Positions 49,697 through 60,037 of a stretch of DNA of 64,000 bases are shown here, piece after piece. The number at the start of each line of letters is the position of its first letter. Within the stretch, counting starts at the first letter, position 1. The position numbers were made by a program, and so were the translations under genes. Source of the stretch: Candidatus Campbellbacteria bacterium (GTDB lineage Bacteria > Patescibacteriota > Minisyncoccia > Phycocordibacterales > EsbW-18); NCBI GenBank assembly GCA_024653945.1, contig JANLIT010000004.1, positions 77,281 to 141,280 of the forward strand. Direction: 5' to 3'. Below the pieces are notes generated by a model. It was not told the DNA's origin. It searched no databases and was given only the letters and a program-made list of their open reading frames with translations.

Positions 49697-50797
49697 TTAT
49701 TTTTTGATTGCGCTCCAGTTCTGTTTAAGTTTGGCGACATATAATTCTGATGACAACAAAAGTTGAGAAACCACTCCCGCCGCAAGGAGGGCCCTCTCGT
49801 GGGCTCTTTGAGGATGCGCGAGTGTATCAATAAGTGCATTGGCTATCTTTTGAACATCACCCACGGGAACTATGTGTCCGTGTTCCTCATCTCGTAGCAC
49901 CGTGCCCGCGATACCAACGTTTGTCGACACGATCGGTACTTCAGCAAGAGCTGCTTCTGCCATAGATGCACAAAAACCTTCATATCGAGATGTGTGAAGA
50001 AAAACATGTGCCTCTGTTAGTTGCGGTGTAAGATCTTGTACAAAACCAAGAAATATAATTGCATTTTCCAAGTTATATTTTCGTGCGAGCGTAAAAATGT
50101 GGGATCGCTGACTTCCTTTGTGTGCAATATATAGTTTTGCATCAGGCATCTGTGCGTGCACGCGTGCAAATGCAGAAAGTGCCGTCGGATAATCCTTTTC
50201 TTTTTCCAATCTTCCAACCATAAGAATTACTTTCTCTTTTGTTGATGGAGCACGTTGGACACGAGGCGTCTGGTCTGTTGCTACAAACATAGGGAGTACG
50301 GAAATTCGTTCGGGGGCCACTCCCATAGCATGGACGACTTTTGCCACACGTTCAGAAACAACACGAACAGATGCCGCACGACGAAGTCGAGAGGCCACAC
50401 CAATCATACGTAGTTTGTTTCGTATCTCTTGACCTGAAAAACCTTTACCAAAATACGGACTACCAATATCTGTGTGTACTTGTAATTCAACTGGCAAACC
50501 GAGCTTTTTCCCCAACCGCAGCGCCGCAATACCATACTCAAAAGGATCTTGTGCGGTAATCAGGTCACAGCTGGAAAGAGATTTTCCTACTGCAACCGCG
50601 CGACGAATCCGCATACACGGATTGGTCGTTCCTGTAGGGTGTAAAAATACATTCTGAGATATTTTTTGAACCTCACCAACCCCAGGAGCAATGATGTGCA
50701 ACTCATCGCACGCCTGACCGTAGAATGCCATTCGGGCGCGAACAGGACTTCCTTCAATAAAAAGGTTTTTGTCTGAACCAATAGAGATAACTTTCAT
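49697..50797 (-). CDS. Glycosyltransferase family 4
   Basis: VGRLEKEK, YEGFCASMAEAA. Confidence 0.9.
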   Translation of the reverse strand: MKVISIGSDKNLFIEGSPVRARMAFYGQACDELHIIAPGVGEVQKISQNVFLHPTGTTNPCMRIRRAVAVGKSLSSCDLITAQDPFEYGIAALRLGKKLGLPVELQVHTDIGSPYFGKGFSGQEIRNKLRMIGVASRLRRAASVRVVSERVAKVVHAMGVAPERISVLPMFVATDQTPRVQRAPSTKEKVILMVGRLEKEKDYPTALSAFARVHAQMPDAKLYIAHKGSQRSHIFTLARKYNLENAIIFLGFVQDLTPQLTEAHVFLHTSRYEGFCASMAEAALAEVPIVSTNVGIAGTVLRDEEHGHIVPVGDVQKIANALIDTLAHPQRAHERALLAAGVVSQLLLSSELYVAKLKQNWSAIKK

Positions 50798-50915
50798 AGG
50801 TAGTGATTCTCTGCTAGAGAAGACCATTTTAGCATATGAAAGCACTCTTCTCACGGCACACTAACAATGGTATTCTCTGTGGGTTAATGGGTATTTACCA
50901 CTATAATTTCTTATT

Positions 50916-51821
50916 ATGGATTTTTTAAAGAAAGAGAAACTGCAGATACTACTTACTGGTGATCGAGGTTTTATTGCACGTAAGGTTAAAGAGAGTCTTA
51001 TTTCACTCGGACATACAGTGACCGGTTTTGATATACAAGATGGTTTTGATTTATTAAATCGAGATCAAGTTGAAGCTGCGGTTGCCACTGTAGATGTTGT
51101 GTATCACATCGCCGCCGAAGCCGACATGACACGGATGGTTGACCTCTCTGGAAGTTACAAAGGCACTGCAGTGAATGTTGACGGTACACACAATGTCGCA
51201 TATGCATGTGCAAAACATAATAAGTGGCTTATTTATACTTCAACATGTTGTGTCTATGGTAACGTTACAGAACATCCAGAAAACGAGGATACAACACTAC
51301 CGAATCCATCTGAATTATACGCATGTAGTAAGTATGCGGGAGAATGGATTGTACGATGATATGGTCTAAATTATGACATGCCATGGACAATACTTCGTTA
51401 TGCAACAATTTATGGCGAAGGTATGCGAGAGGCACTCGGCGCATTTGTATTCTTTAAACAAGCAATGTTGAGACTACCTATCACTGTTCATGGTGACGGA
51501 AAACAAGAGCGTACACTTACGTTTGTAGATGACCTTGTCGAAGGAACAGTTGCACCACTTTCAAATAAGGAAAAGGCTCTTGGACAAATCTTTAATCTTT
51601 CAACCACTGAGCGCATCTCAGCAATTAAAATGGCCGAGGATATTAAATCTCTCACCAACTCATCCTCCGAAATACTTTTTATTCCACAAAGAAAAAATCA
51701 AACAATCTTTGAAGATGTAGATGCTTCAAAAGCTGAAAACCTACTTGGATGGAAAGCAAAAACACCCTGGAATGATGGATTGAAAAAAACGTACGAATGG
51801 ATGAAAACACTTACTCTTTAG
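50916..51821 (+). pseudogene. NAD-dependent epimerase/dehydratase interrupted by one in-frame TGA (51357-51359)
   Basis: TGDRGFI and YACSK in the first half; frame continues VR*YGLNYDMPWTILRYATIYG..GDGKQER. Confidence 0.88.
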
Positions 51822-52840
51822 TGTTTCTGTAAAAAACTACTTGCAAGGACAATAAACTCTTTGGCAAGAACTGAGTAAGGTCTACGAATTGATAATTGGT
51901 TAATTTTTTCTTGATACTGCAAATACGTTGCGTCGTCAGCAATGGTAATAATTGCATTCGCAATTTCCTCGACATTTAGAGGGTCAACAGCAATAACCGC
52001 TGACCCTATCCTATTAAGAATACCGTTTTCTTTTGTAACAATCGCCGGTTTACCCATCGACAACAACTCAATAACAAAATTAGGACTAATCTCACTTAGT
52101 GAAACAACAACACCTGCATAGGCGCTTCTGAGTCGGTTCATAACTTCGTTTCGGGGAATATTGTGGTCTACAGTAAGTGTAATAGTAGGAACTTTCTTTT
52201 GGGCAATTTTAAATGCTTGCTGTAATAGTTCTTCATTTTTTAATTTCATCGGCCGACTAATCGTAATAAATTCTTTTGTTTCTTTCTGAGTAATCGATTG
52301 TTGTGGACTAAGATCGTATTGATTTTCAATGATACTCGTTGGGATGGTGTGAAAATCATATGACTTCTGCCATATATTTTTTTGATACTCGGTACTAAAG
52401 ACAATATGTGTAAGCGATTGAAGAAATATTTGAGTGAGTCGCTTTATAACTTTATCTCTCGTAGTAAATTCTCCTTCGTGGTTATAAAAGTCGGTAAATG
52501 TAATTTTCTTTCCCGTTCGTTCAACAAATTGTTCCCACAAAAAATCTCCTCCAGTGCGGAGAATTGCGACACCTCCAAAAAGTTTCCGCATACACCCTAT
52601 TGGTATACCAACACTGAATGTGTCGAGAACAAGTGTCCAATCAGTAAAAAGATATGCGGGAAATGTTTTGAAAAAATAGACGAGATGACGAATACCTGTT
52701 GGGAGATGTCGTTCGATAGAAAAAGTTCGTACGGTAACTTTGTGGCCGAGTTTTTCAAATTCATTTTTCAAACTCTCCGCATAGTATGACGGTCCGCCTG
52801 CATGTGGTGGGTATATCCCTGTTGCTATCAAAATTTTCAT
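51818..52840 (-). CDS. Glycosyltransferase family 4
   Basis: TGIYPPHAGGP, EISPNFVIE. Confidence 0.85.
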   Translation of the reverse strand: MKILIATGIYPPHAGGPSYYAESLKNEFEKLGHKVTVRTFSIERHLPTGIRHLVYFFKTFPAYLFTDWTLVLDTFSVGIPIGCMRKLFGGVAILRTGGDFLWEQFVERTGKKITFTDFYNHEGEFTTRDKVIKRLTQIFLQSLTHIVFSTEYQKNIWQKSYDFHTIPTSIIENQYDLSPQQSITQKETKEFITISRPMKLKNEELLQQAFKIAQKKVPTITLTVDHNIPRNEVMNRLRSAYAGVVVSLSEISPNFVIELLSMGKPAIVTKENGILNRIGSAVIAVDPLNVEEIANAIITIADDATYLQYQEKINQLSIRRPYSVLAKEFIVLASSFLQKH

Positions 52841-52924
52841 TTTTGTACGGTATCACGCATTTTATAATTCTATCTTTCTATAGTTCTATCGAATTATAGA
52901 ACTTGTGGTGGTATATTTTTCTGC

Positions 52925-54175
52925 TCATTTTTCTTTATTTGACTCTTTTTTATAATAGCTGGAAACCTCGCCTAACGAAACACTCTCTAGAGTATCCTTC
53001 ATTGACCGCGCAACTATGTCCCAATCATATTTTTCAACAACAAGTGCTCGACCATTCTGAGAAATCCTTTGACGCATACCAACATCTTGAATAAGTCGCT
53101 TCACAGCAAAGGCAATGTTTTCAGGATTGTGTACTTCACAAAAAACACCCGTTGCTTTGTCTCCGTATTCCTCAACATCAAACAAAAAGTCGGGAATACC
53201 ACCGACAGGTGTAGCAATCACTGGAAGTCCAGCAGCCATCGCTTCTAGGAAGCTACTTCCCAACCCCTCTGATAGAGACGGCCGAATAAAAATATCTGAC
53301 GCATGGAGATACGAAGGAAGCAGTTCGCGCGACATGTTTCCTAAAAATATAATTCTCTCCCTCACACCAAGATCTTTTGCCTGTTGTTGTAATGTATCAA
53401 GAAGTGGTCCTTCACCGCACAAAATAAAACGAATATTCTCTGGAAGTAATGGGAGCGCAGAAATGACATCCGTAATTCCATTCTTCTCAACAAGTCGTGA
53501 TGTGGTGACCAAAAATATTTCGTCATCTTTTTTTTTAAGTTCGCCTTTAACACGTTCCACACTGTCAGATGAAACAGCGAGGTACTGTGAAATGGTTACC
53601 CCATTAGGAATAACAACTACTTTTTTTGTATGACCCATAGCACGAGCAAAATCCGCAAGAAAGTTTGAAATTGCCTGTACACACGCCGTGTCACGGAAAA
53701 TCTTTTTTAAGAGCGGGGACACAAACCGAATACGACGACGTGATGTTATGTGTTCAACAGTATCTCCATCTTGAAGTGTCAATATGAACGGAACCTTCAT
53801 TCCAAACATACGCGCGAGCACAGCTGGAAATCCCATGTACGTCATCAAAGACCACATCGCATCATATGGTTTTGTCTTATGAAGCGAGAGCGCTTTACGT
53901 GCGGCAAGAATTGGGTAGAGAATTTTGATGAAATACCACGGAAAACGTTTTAGATCTTGATGCGACATTCCCCGTTTCGAAGGACCAATTCTGTGGATGG
54001 TAATATTCCCCATTCTCTCAACAATAGGAAGTGTGCTGTCGGCTCGTAGAGTAATCATGTCAAACTCCATTTCAGAGGGGTTGATTCGGTCGGTAATTTC
54101 TTTCACCGCCAACTCTGCTCCGCCAACAAACGGCAGATACATGAGGGAAAATATGAGTATTCGACGCGGTTCCAT
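52925..54175 (-). CDS. Glycosyltransferase family 4
   Basis: GGAE, SRLVEKNG, EGLGSSFLEAMA. Confidence 0.92.
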   Translation of the reverse strand: MEPRRILIFSLMYLPFVGGAELAVKEITDRINPSEMEFDMITLRADSTLPIVERMGNITIHRIGPSKRGMSHQDLKRFPWYFIKILYPILAARKALSLHKTKPYDAMWSLMTYMGFPAVLARMFGMKVPFILTLQDGDTVEHITSRRRIRFVSPLLKKIFRDTACVQAISNFLADFARAMGHTKKVVVIPNGVTISQYLAVSSDSVERVKGELKKKDDEIFLVTTSRLVEKNGITDVISALPLLPENIRFILCGEGPLLDTLQQQAKDLGVRERIIFLGNMSRELLPSYLHASDIFIRPSLSEGLGSSFLEAMAAGLPVIATPVGGIPDFLFDVEEYGDKATGVFCEVHNPENIAFAVKRLIQDVGMRQRISQNGRALVVEKYDWDIVARSMKDTLESVSLGEVSSYYKKESNKEK

Positions 54176-54283
54176 TCCCCTATCCTACCACGCCACAACG
54201 TCCTGCCAGAACTACCAAAAAAACCAAACCAAAACTAACCACCAACTCCCAACCTCTAACCCCTAACTTCTATTACTTTGGAC

Positions 54284-54427
54284 TTACCTGAATTCTTCAA
54301 TAATTTCTATTTCGCCCGCTATGTCTGCTATAGAATTAGTTTTGTGTGTTTCAAAAAAGTGCTGGTACGCAACCAACAGAGTGGTTCCGAGAATAATCAC
54401 AAACCATAAAAGCACAAATGGCCACAT
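54284..54427 (-). CDS. 47-aa membrane peptide, in frame with the upstream gene
   Basis: MWPFVLLWFVIILGTTLLVAYQH..EIEIIEEFR*. Confidence 0.55.
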   Translation of the reverse strand: MWPFVLLWFVIILGTTLLVAYQHFFETHKTNSIADIAGEIEIIEEFR

Positions 54428-54430
54428 ATG

Positions 54431-55594
54431 TTATTTCTTTTTTGAAATGCGCGCCTTCATATCCTCAATATTGTAGAGAACACCTTCAAAAGCCGCCGCT
54501 TCTTTTCCATTTGGATAGATGAGTGCCACACGATCTGTTTCTTTCAACTGCACTTTTGTTATCGTTGCGGGAAATGGAACCTTTGTGTGCGGTGCGATAG
54601 TGGTAGTCATGGGAATTGTAAATACGTGTCCGCGCTTTTTACCTTCTGCATATTCTGCTTGTAATTTCCATAACGAAAGGTCTAACGCCACATCACTATT
54701 GTTAGAAATTTCAACGTATCCATCTTCACCATAGAGTACGGAAGAAAGTGACACGTCCGCAGATATAACATGAACAGAAACACCATCGTGTGCGTGTTGA
54801 TATTGTGCTGAAATTGATGTTACGGCTGTATATGTTCCCGGAAATCTGTATATGTGAGAAGTACTTTTTCCTTCTCCATCGTCACCGTCTCCAAATGACC
54901 ACCGATACTTACTCACACCGGTGTGTTCACCAAATCTATCAACGCCGTATCCTTCAAAAAACGCATATGCGCCAGCAATTGCCTGCATATCTTCCCCCGC
55001 ATACACAAAAAGGTTTTGTGTATATCCCACAGAGGTCTTCTTTGTCGTGGTTGATGTTGTGCTTGTACTTGCCCCTTTTACTTCGCCCGTACTTGGCGCT
55101 ATGTGTTCCGTGCTGTTTTGCACACCTGGAGTTGGCACCCCTGTAATCCACAAATTGTCTGCTTGTCGCTGTGGTGTGTTCTTGGCTGTGTTATCTCCTC
55201 CCAGAGACCAGTTTGTAGCACCAATGGCACTATCTACAACCGCCCCACTCGCATCAAATAACTCCAATGTTTCCCCGGTATTACCAAGTCCTCCAGTATA
55301 AATAACCCCAGCAGAAACACCTAGAACTGATTCATCGTCGGTACGCTCAAGAAGAAAGTATCCTCCTGTCGGAATCTCGCCAGATAGAGTAATTTTTGGA
55401 TCTTCATCTTGTGCCCACAGTTTCCATCCAGACAACGATACGCTTTCTGCCCCCGTATTATAAAGTTCAATCCACTCGTCATTTGCCGATACCGTTGTGC
55501 CCATCCACGCGATTTCATTAATAATAATTTGCGCATTTGTCACCATTGGCAACATGGCCAATGCGCACAAAAATAATAGTGTATTTTTTATCAT
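54431..55594 (-). CDS. Secreted lamin-tail/PKD-domain protein
   Basis: IINEIAWMG..DEWIELYN, TPG, WSFGDG..HIY..PGTY, second LTD-like YVEISN..DLSLW. Confidence 0.85.
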   Translation of the reverse strand: MIKNTLLFLCALAMLPMVTNAQIIINEIAWMGTTVSANDEWIELYNTGAESVSLSGWKLWAQDEDPKITLSGEIPTGGYFLLERTDDESVLGVSAGVIYTGGLGNTGETLELFDASGAVVDSAIGATNWSLGGDNTAKNTPQRQADNLWITGVPTPGVQNSTEHIAPSTGEVKGASTSTTSTTTKKTSVGYTQNLFVYAGEDMQAIAGAYAFFEGYGVDRFGEHTGVSKYRWSFGDGDDGEGKSTSHIYRFPGTYTAVTSISAQYQHAHDGVSVHVISADVSLSSVLYGEDGYVEISNNSDVALDLSLWKLQAEYAEGKKRGHVFTIPMTTTIAPHTKVPFPATITKVQLKETDRVALIYPNGKEAAAFEGVLYNIEDMKARISKKK

Positions 55595-55634
55595 ATCCGC
55601 ACACTGTAGCAATACGGAGATAAAAAGAATCTAA

Positions 55635-55676
55635 AGAGCCCCAGTCTCCACATGGAGACTGGGGCTCTGTTTTTTT
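55635..55676. terminator. Intrinsic terminator
   Basis: AGAGCCCCAGTCTC-CACATG-GAGACTGGGGCTCT. Confidence 0.8.
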
Positions 55677-55680
55677 AAAA

Positions 55681-57492
55681 TTATTTTTCTCCTCCTTCGC
55701 GTTCAAAAAGTTTCTTGAGCACGGCCTCAGGAACTTCGTTTGTTTTTTGCTCTTTTGGTTTTTCTTCTGGAGGTTTTTGCGCCTGGGAGGCAACGCCTCC
55801 GTTTGGAGGCGTTGCCTCCGAATTTGACACTGGTGCAAAAGCTGGCTTTGGTATTGAAGCTGGGGTTGAAGTGGATGCTTTACCTGTAACAGCCGAGAGT
55901 GCCTGACGCAATTCTGAAAGATGCTCTGGTGTCGGCCCCTTGTTTGGTTTTTTTTCTCGCGGTTTTTCATGGTGTTGCAAGTGCGAAAGAGATACCGCTT
56001 TTCTAATCTCAGTTTCCCTATCTATAGACGTGCTTGCTTGTTTTGTATCATTAAAACGTCTTTGTGGTTGGTTGTGTGACTGATTTTGAGAACGATGTGT
56101 AGGTTGCTGTGTATGAGCACGAACTTCTTCGTGCGGACGACTCTGGGGAGATTTTTCTCCCTCTTTCTCTTTCTCTTTTTTAAGATCATCCGCAACATTA
56201 AAACGTTTTTGGTGCCATTTCAAAATCTCATCTTCAACAATGGCTCGTGGGCGCGAGAACTGGGCTCGCGAACGACCAATGGCGACATCACGATATGATA
56301 TTTCAGGAGGGGTAATGGGAGACAGTCCAGCAGCTGAAAATGGGGCAGATGCCATTCCATCTATCATTAATTTCAAATACATTTTGAACGCACCAATACC
56401 CACCAAATCCTCCGCAGTAAATGTTGGTGAAAATTCCTTTTCTAGGTATTCAGCGTCAATCGCACCGACACGGAACGTCACCAGTGTCCCAACGTTGCCA
56501 AATACAGCCGCACGTACTTCATCACTCATTTGCTCAATGTATTGGTGTGCAATAGTAAGATTCAATTTGTACTTTCGTGCCTCTGAAAGAATGTCGGCGA
56601 ATGATTCATTTGCAAATGATTGAAATTCATCCACATACAAATAAAAATTTGGTAGTTTATTTAATTCTGATTCGCGTAGGTCGGCGCGTGACATTGCCGC
56701 AAGATAAATTTTTGTGATAATCATTGAACCAAGAAGGTTTGCGTTGTCTTCACCGACCTGTCCTTTTGAAAGATTGATGATAAGAATTTTTTTCTGGTCC
56801 ATCATGTCACGAATGTTGAAGGTAGATTTTGGTTGACCGATGATATTTCGAATAACAGGATTACCTGTAAATTGTCCGACTTTGTTTTGAATTGCAGGTG
56901 TTGCTTCTGCGGCAAATTTGTCAGTATATTTTGCAAACTCCTGCTCCCAAAACGCCTTCACTCCCGGGTCCGTTACGTGTGCGACCACTTTGTTTCTAAA
57001 ATCTTTATCAACAAGCATACGGTTAACAGACAAAAGTGTTGAATCTGGATATTCAAGAAGTGCCAAAATAGTGTTGTTGAGAATGTATTCCATACGCGCA
57101 CTCCATGCATCAACCCAAATCTTTTTAAACGCAGACATCAAACCAGCCAACACAAGGTGGCGCTTATCAGGACCAACATCTTCCATCACATTAAACGCAA
57201 CGGGGTTATTGAGGTCAAATGGCGCAAAATACACCACATCATTAATGCGGTTTTCTGGAATGTAATCCAAAAGTAAGTCGGCACTTTTTCCGTGCGGGTC
57301 AAGAAACGCAAACCCTTCGCCGTTCTGAATATCTTGCACAGCCATATTTTCAAGAAGTGTTGATTTACCTGTTCCCGTCTTTCCGATGGTGTACACGTGG
57401 CGAAGCCGGTCTTTTGCTTTAATACCAAACTTCACTCGCTTGTTGCGGTAGTCCGTTTCACCGATGTACGTAATACGATTTGGATCAAACAT
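55681..57492 (-). CDS. VirB4/TraD/HerA-like P-loop ATPase
   Basis: GKTGTGKS, LDPHG, LYVDEFQ, SEARKY, AHQY; low-complexity C-terminal tail. Confidence 0.88.
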   Translation of the reverse strand: MFDPNRITYIGETDYRNKRVKFGIKAKDRLRHVYTIGKTGTGKSTLLENMAVQDIQNGEGFAFLDPHGKSADLLLDYIPENRINDVVYFAPFDLNNPVAFNVMEDVGPDKRHLVLAGLMSAFKKIWVDAWSARMEYILNNTILALLEYPDSTLLSVNRMLVDKDFRNKVVAHVTDPGVKAFWEQEFAKYTDKFAAEATPAIQNKVGQFTGNPVIRNIIGQPKSTFNIRDMMDQKKILIINLSKGQVGEDNANLLGSMIITKIYLAAMSRADLRESELNKLPNFYLYVDEFQSFANESFADILSEARKYKLNLTIAHQYIEQMSDEVRAAVFGNVGTLVTFRVGAIDAEYLEKEFSPTFTAEDLVGIGAFKMYLKLMIDGMASAPFSAAGLSPITPPEISYRDVAIGRSRAQFSRPRAIVEDEILKWHQKRFNVADDLKKEKEKEGEKSPQSRPHEEVRAHTQQPTHRSQNQSHNQPQRRFNDTKQASTSIDRETEIRKAVSLSHLQHHEKPREKKPNKGPTPEHLSELRQALSAVTGKASTSTPASIPKPAFAPVSNSEATPPNGGVASQAQKPPEEKPKEQKTNEVPEAVLKKLFEREGGEK

Positions 57493-57699
57493 GTGCGTGA
57501 AAATAGAACATAGTGAACTATCTGTAGTATACCCCATGAGATATTTACTCACCACACCCATCAGTATTGTATATATTGGATAGGTTATCTCACGGGGCAA
57601 GAAGCACAACGAGCAAAAAGAAAAAGCGCCGAGCTGTCCTTGCGGACGGCTCGGCGTGAAGCCTGTGTGTTTTTCAAAAAGAACACGATGGAGAAGAGG

Positions 57700-58017
57700 T
57701 CAGACAAGACGGAACGCGATCCACCCCATCTTCTTGCGCTCGTCGTCGGGCTCGCACTTCGTGAAACCAGCGAGTCCGAATCCGCGCGCCAAGACATGGA
57801 GCATGCGCTCAATCTCCGACTGGCACATGATAACTTTCTCAAAGACCTCCTCTTCCCGACCCTTGAGAAAGCCAATGGTCCTCCACTGAAGTGCCTTTCC
57901 ACGACGTTCCACTCGCACAGTCACCGTTCCTGTACGGTAACCAACAAGGAGGAGAGCAATGTCTCCCGCCTTGATGCTCGTTCTCCAACGGAACCAACCC
58001 CACCTATTGAGAAACAT
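57700..58017 (-). CDS. Hypothetical protein
   Basis: Co-oriented ORF with GGGGGTG upstream and a terminator-like hairpin at ~57626-57656. Confidence 0.45.
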   Translation of the reverse strand: MFLNRWGWFRWRTSIKAGDIALLLVGYRTGTVTVRVERRGKALQWRTIGFLKGREEEVFEKVIMCQSEIERMLHVLARGFGLAGFTKCEPDDERKKMGWIAFRLV

Positions 58018-58456
58018 CGTCACCCCCCAAGAAAAAGTGGTTGTTGTGGTGTCGCCCAGCATTGTGCCGAGCAACTTCTTCGAGTTTAAAGAGTGGTGAG
58101 GTTTTCAAAAAAGCACCGAGAACACCACCGAGCACTTCCACACCATAGGGAGGTATATCTAGCTCTACGGTAAACAAAGCCCCGCGCGTGTGTGCAACAA
58201 ATCTCCATGGACCAATGTGCAGGAAAAGCGTACTTGGACCATAGAGCCAATCGTATCTTCGTTTCCGAAGATGCCTTCTCTCTCCTGGTATACACCAGCA
58301 GGGCTCAGCAAGTAGGAGAAGAAACCGAATCTCTTCAAGTACTGAAAGTCCTGGCAGAGGTCTCCACCCAACTATCCGACCACGCTCCTTGAACCTTCTT
58401 ACGGCATGGTCCCTGATAACCATGTCCTGTAAAAAAGTTTGAGATACGGGGTTCAT
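58004..58456 (-). CDS. Hypothetical protein
   Basis: AAGGAGGTG SD before MNPVSQ; DHAVRRFKER motif. Confidence 0.55.
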   Translation of the reverse strand: MNPVSQTFLQDMVIRDHAVRRFKERGRIVGWRPLPGLSVLEEIRFLLLLAEPCWCIPGERRHLRKRRYDWLYGPSTLFLHIGPWRFVAHTRGALFTVELDIPPYGVEVLGGVLGAFLKTSPLFKLEEVARHNAGRHHNNHFFLGGDDVSQ

Positions 58457-58530
58457 TTTCACCTCCTTCTTTTGTAATCTGATGACACCATACATCAAAA
58501 AATAATGAACGGCAAGGTGTATGGAAAACG

Positions 58531-59844
58531 TTATTGATTCAAGAGTGCGGCGCGTGTATACGTATTCCCCGCATCCCAGAGGGCCCATGAAGTCAGGCCG
58601 GCATCATATGTTGCCTGCATTTGTGCGCGCACCATTTCGGGAGTATACGTTGCCCCCATATCAAAATCTTGCAACCATGGACGCATTTGTTGTGCGTTGA
58701 TATTACCGTGTCCTTTTTGCGATTGCTCACGCAAGAAAACCATAATTGTCGACGTTGCTGTTGAGACCTCCGCGGCACCCAAAAGTCGCGCGCGCTGTGT
58801 GGATCTGTCCATGGAATACTTCACCACTTCATATGGACTTGTTGCGGGCTTCGCAATACCAATGAATCCTGAATTATAGTGTGATGGATATACCATTGGC
58901 ATGACAAAATCAAAATATGGCAACGCGCGTTCAAGCACTTGTCCAATACCGAGGTCATCAGTGTTTGTTGTTGTATATCCAAATAAATCAACAGAAAGAG
59001 CTGGCCGAGTTATATCTGACGAATCACGGCGTGAGGGACGTAACCCAGATGTTGGTGTTTCACCCGTAGCAAAAGATTCATAGAAGAATGAAAAAAATCG
59101 CTCCAACATTTCTGCTTTTGATACTCCTTTCGAAAATGTGAATGCAATATCTTTCATGTTACCGTCACTTGGATACCGAACGTAATCAAGATTGAGTTCA
59201 TCAAATCCAATCTTGTATGATTCACGTCCGAGCTCCACAATATATTCCCAAAATGGTTTTGCTCCGACATCAATAAATGCCAAACCTTTGTGGTCTTTCC
59301 ACACACTTCCGTCGCTCGCTTTCTTCACCGCAAGCTCTGGATGCACTGATGTGTAGTACGGGTCTTGAAAAACAGTAATGCGGGCAACAACATATATATT
59401 TTTACTGTGGAGTGTTTTAATAAATGCTTTCATGTCGCGCGCTCCGCACGCGTCCGACACCGCAGGGGCAAGAATTGGGTTGTCAGTTGTAAATCCAATC
59501 TTTCCTGAAAAATCTTTTACGTCAATAATGACACTGTTGAGTTCTGTCTCATCAATAAGTACCACGAGCTTGTCACGGAATGAAGGTGTACCGACAACAC
59601 ACTGCGACATATAAATTGCCTTCATGGGTTCTGGTGTTGGCATATGTACAACATCAGGAACTTCTTTTTTCTCTATTTTTTCAGCAAGCACCTCTGCGCG
59701 CTCGGCCATCCGCGTGTATGTTGAAGAAAAGACATTTGGTGCAACAAAAAAACCTACGCACAGAATGGTGGCAGTCACCAAAGACCCCACAACAATCTTG
59801 TGTGCATGGGGCATTACTTTCTTTTTTTGTGGTGCCGTGTTCAT
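58531..59844 (-). CDS. Putative glycoside hydrolase (DUF4015-like)
   Basis: LNSVIIDVKD, ARITVFQD, GFDELNLDYVRYP, PMVYPSH, RPWLQDF. Confidence 0.87.
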   Translation of the reverse strand: MNTAPQKKKVMPHAHKIVVGSLVTATILCVGFFVAPNVFSSTYTRMAERAEVLAEKIEKKEVPDVVHMPTPEPMKAIYMSQCVVGTPSFRDKLVVLIDETELNSVIIDVKDFSGKIGFTTDNPILAPAVSDACGARDMKAFIKTLHSKNIYVVARITVFQDPYYTSVHPELAVKKASDGSVWKDHKGLAFIDVGAKPFWEYIVELGRESYKIGFDELNLDYVRYPSDGNMKDIAFTFSKGVSKAEMLERFFSFFYESFATGETPTSGLRPSRRDSSDITRPALSVDLFGYTTTNTDDLGIGQVLERALPYFDFVMPMVYPSHYNSGFIGIAKPATSPYEVVKYSMDRSTQRARLLGAAEVSTATSTIMVFLREQSQKGHGNINAQQMRPWLQDFDMGATYTPEMVRAQMQATYDAGLTSWALWDAGNTYTRAALLNQ

Positions 59845-60029
59845 GCCTGAATATCAGTTGGTTGTGTTGAAGATTTTTTTTCGTACCGTAAATAAAGTCC
59901 CCACCCAAGAAGAAATAGGCCCCCCAGAACACTTATCCATTCTTTCCACATAAGAGGAATGGCAATAACGTGTCCAATGCTCAGAATAATGCCGAGTACA
60001 ATGAGAACCGTGGTCTGTTTTTTGGTCAT
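59841..60029 (-). CDS. Small two-TM membrane protein
   Basis: 62 aa, two hydrophobic segments, ATGA overlap with the next gene. Confidence 0.7.
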   Translation of the reverse strand: MTKKQTTVLIVLGIILSIGHVIAIPLMWKEWISVLGGLFLLGWGLYLRYEKKSSTQPTDIQA

Positions 60030-60037
60030 ACCAGAGA

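Noticed and set aside
51357-51359. Genetic code 25 (TGA=Gly)
   Set aside because: TGA ends genes at expected positions (for example prfA) and other conserved genes have no internal TGA.
55681-57492. Conjugative element
   Set aside because: Lone ATPase with no relaxase, other T4SS genes, integrase or att sites in the window.
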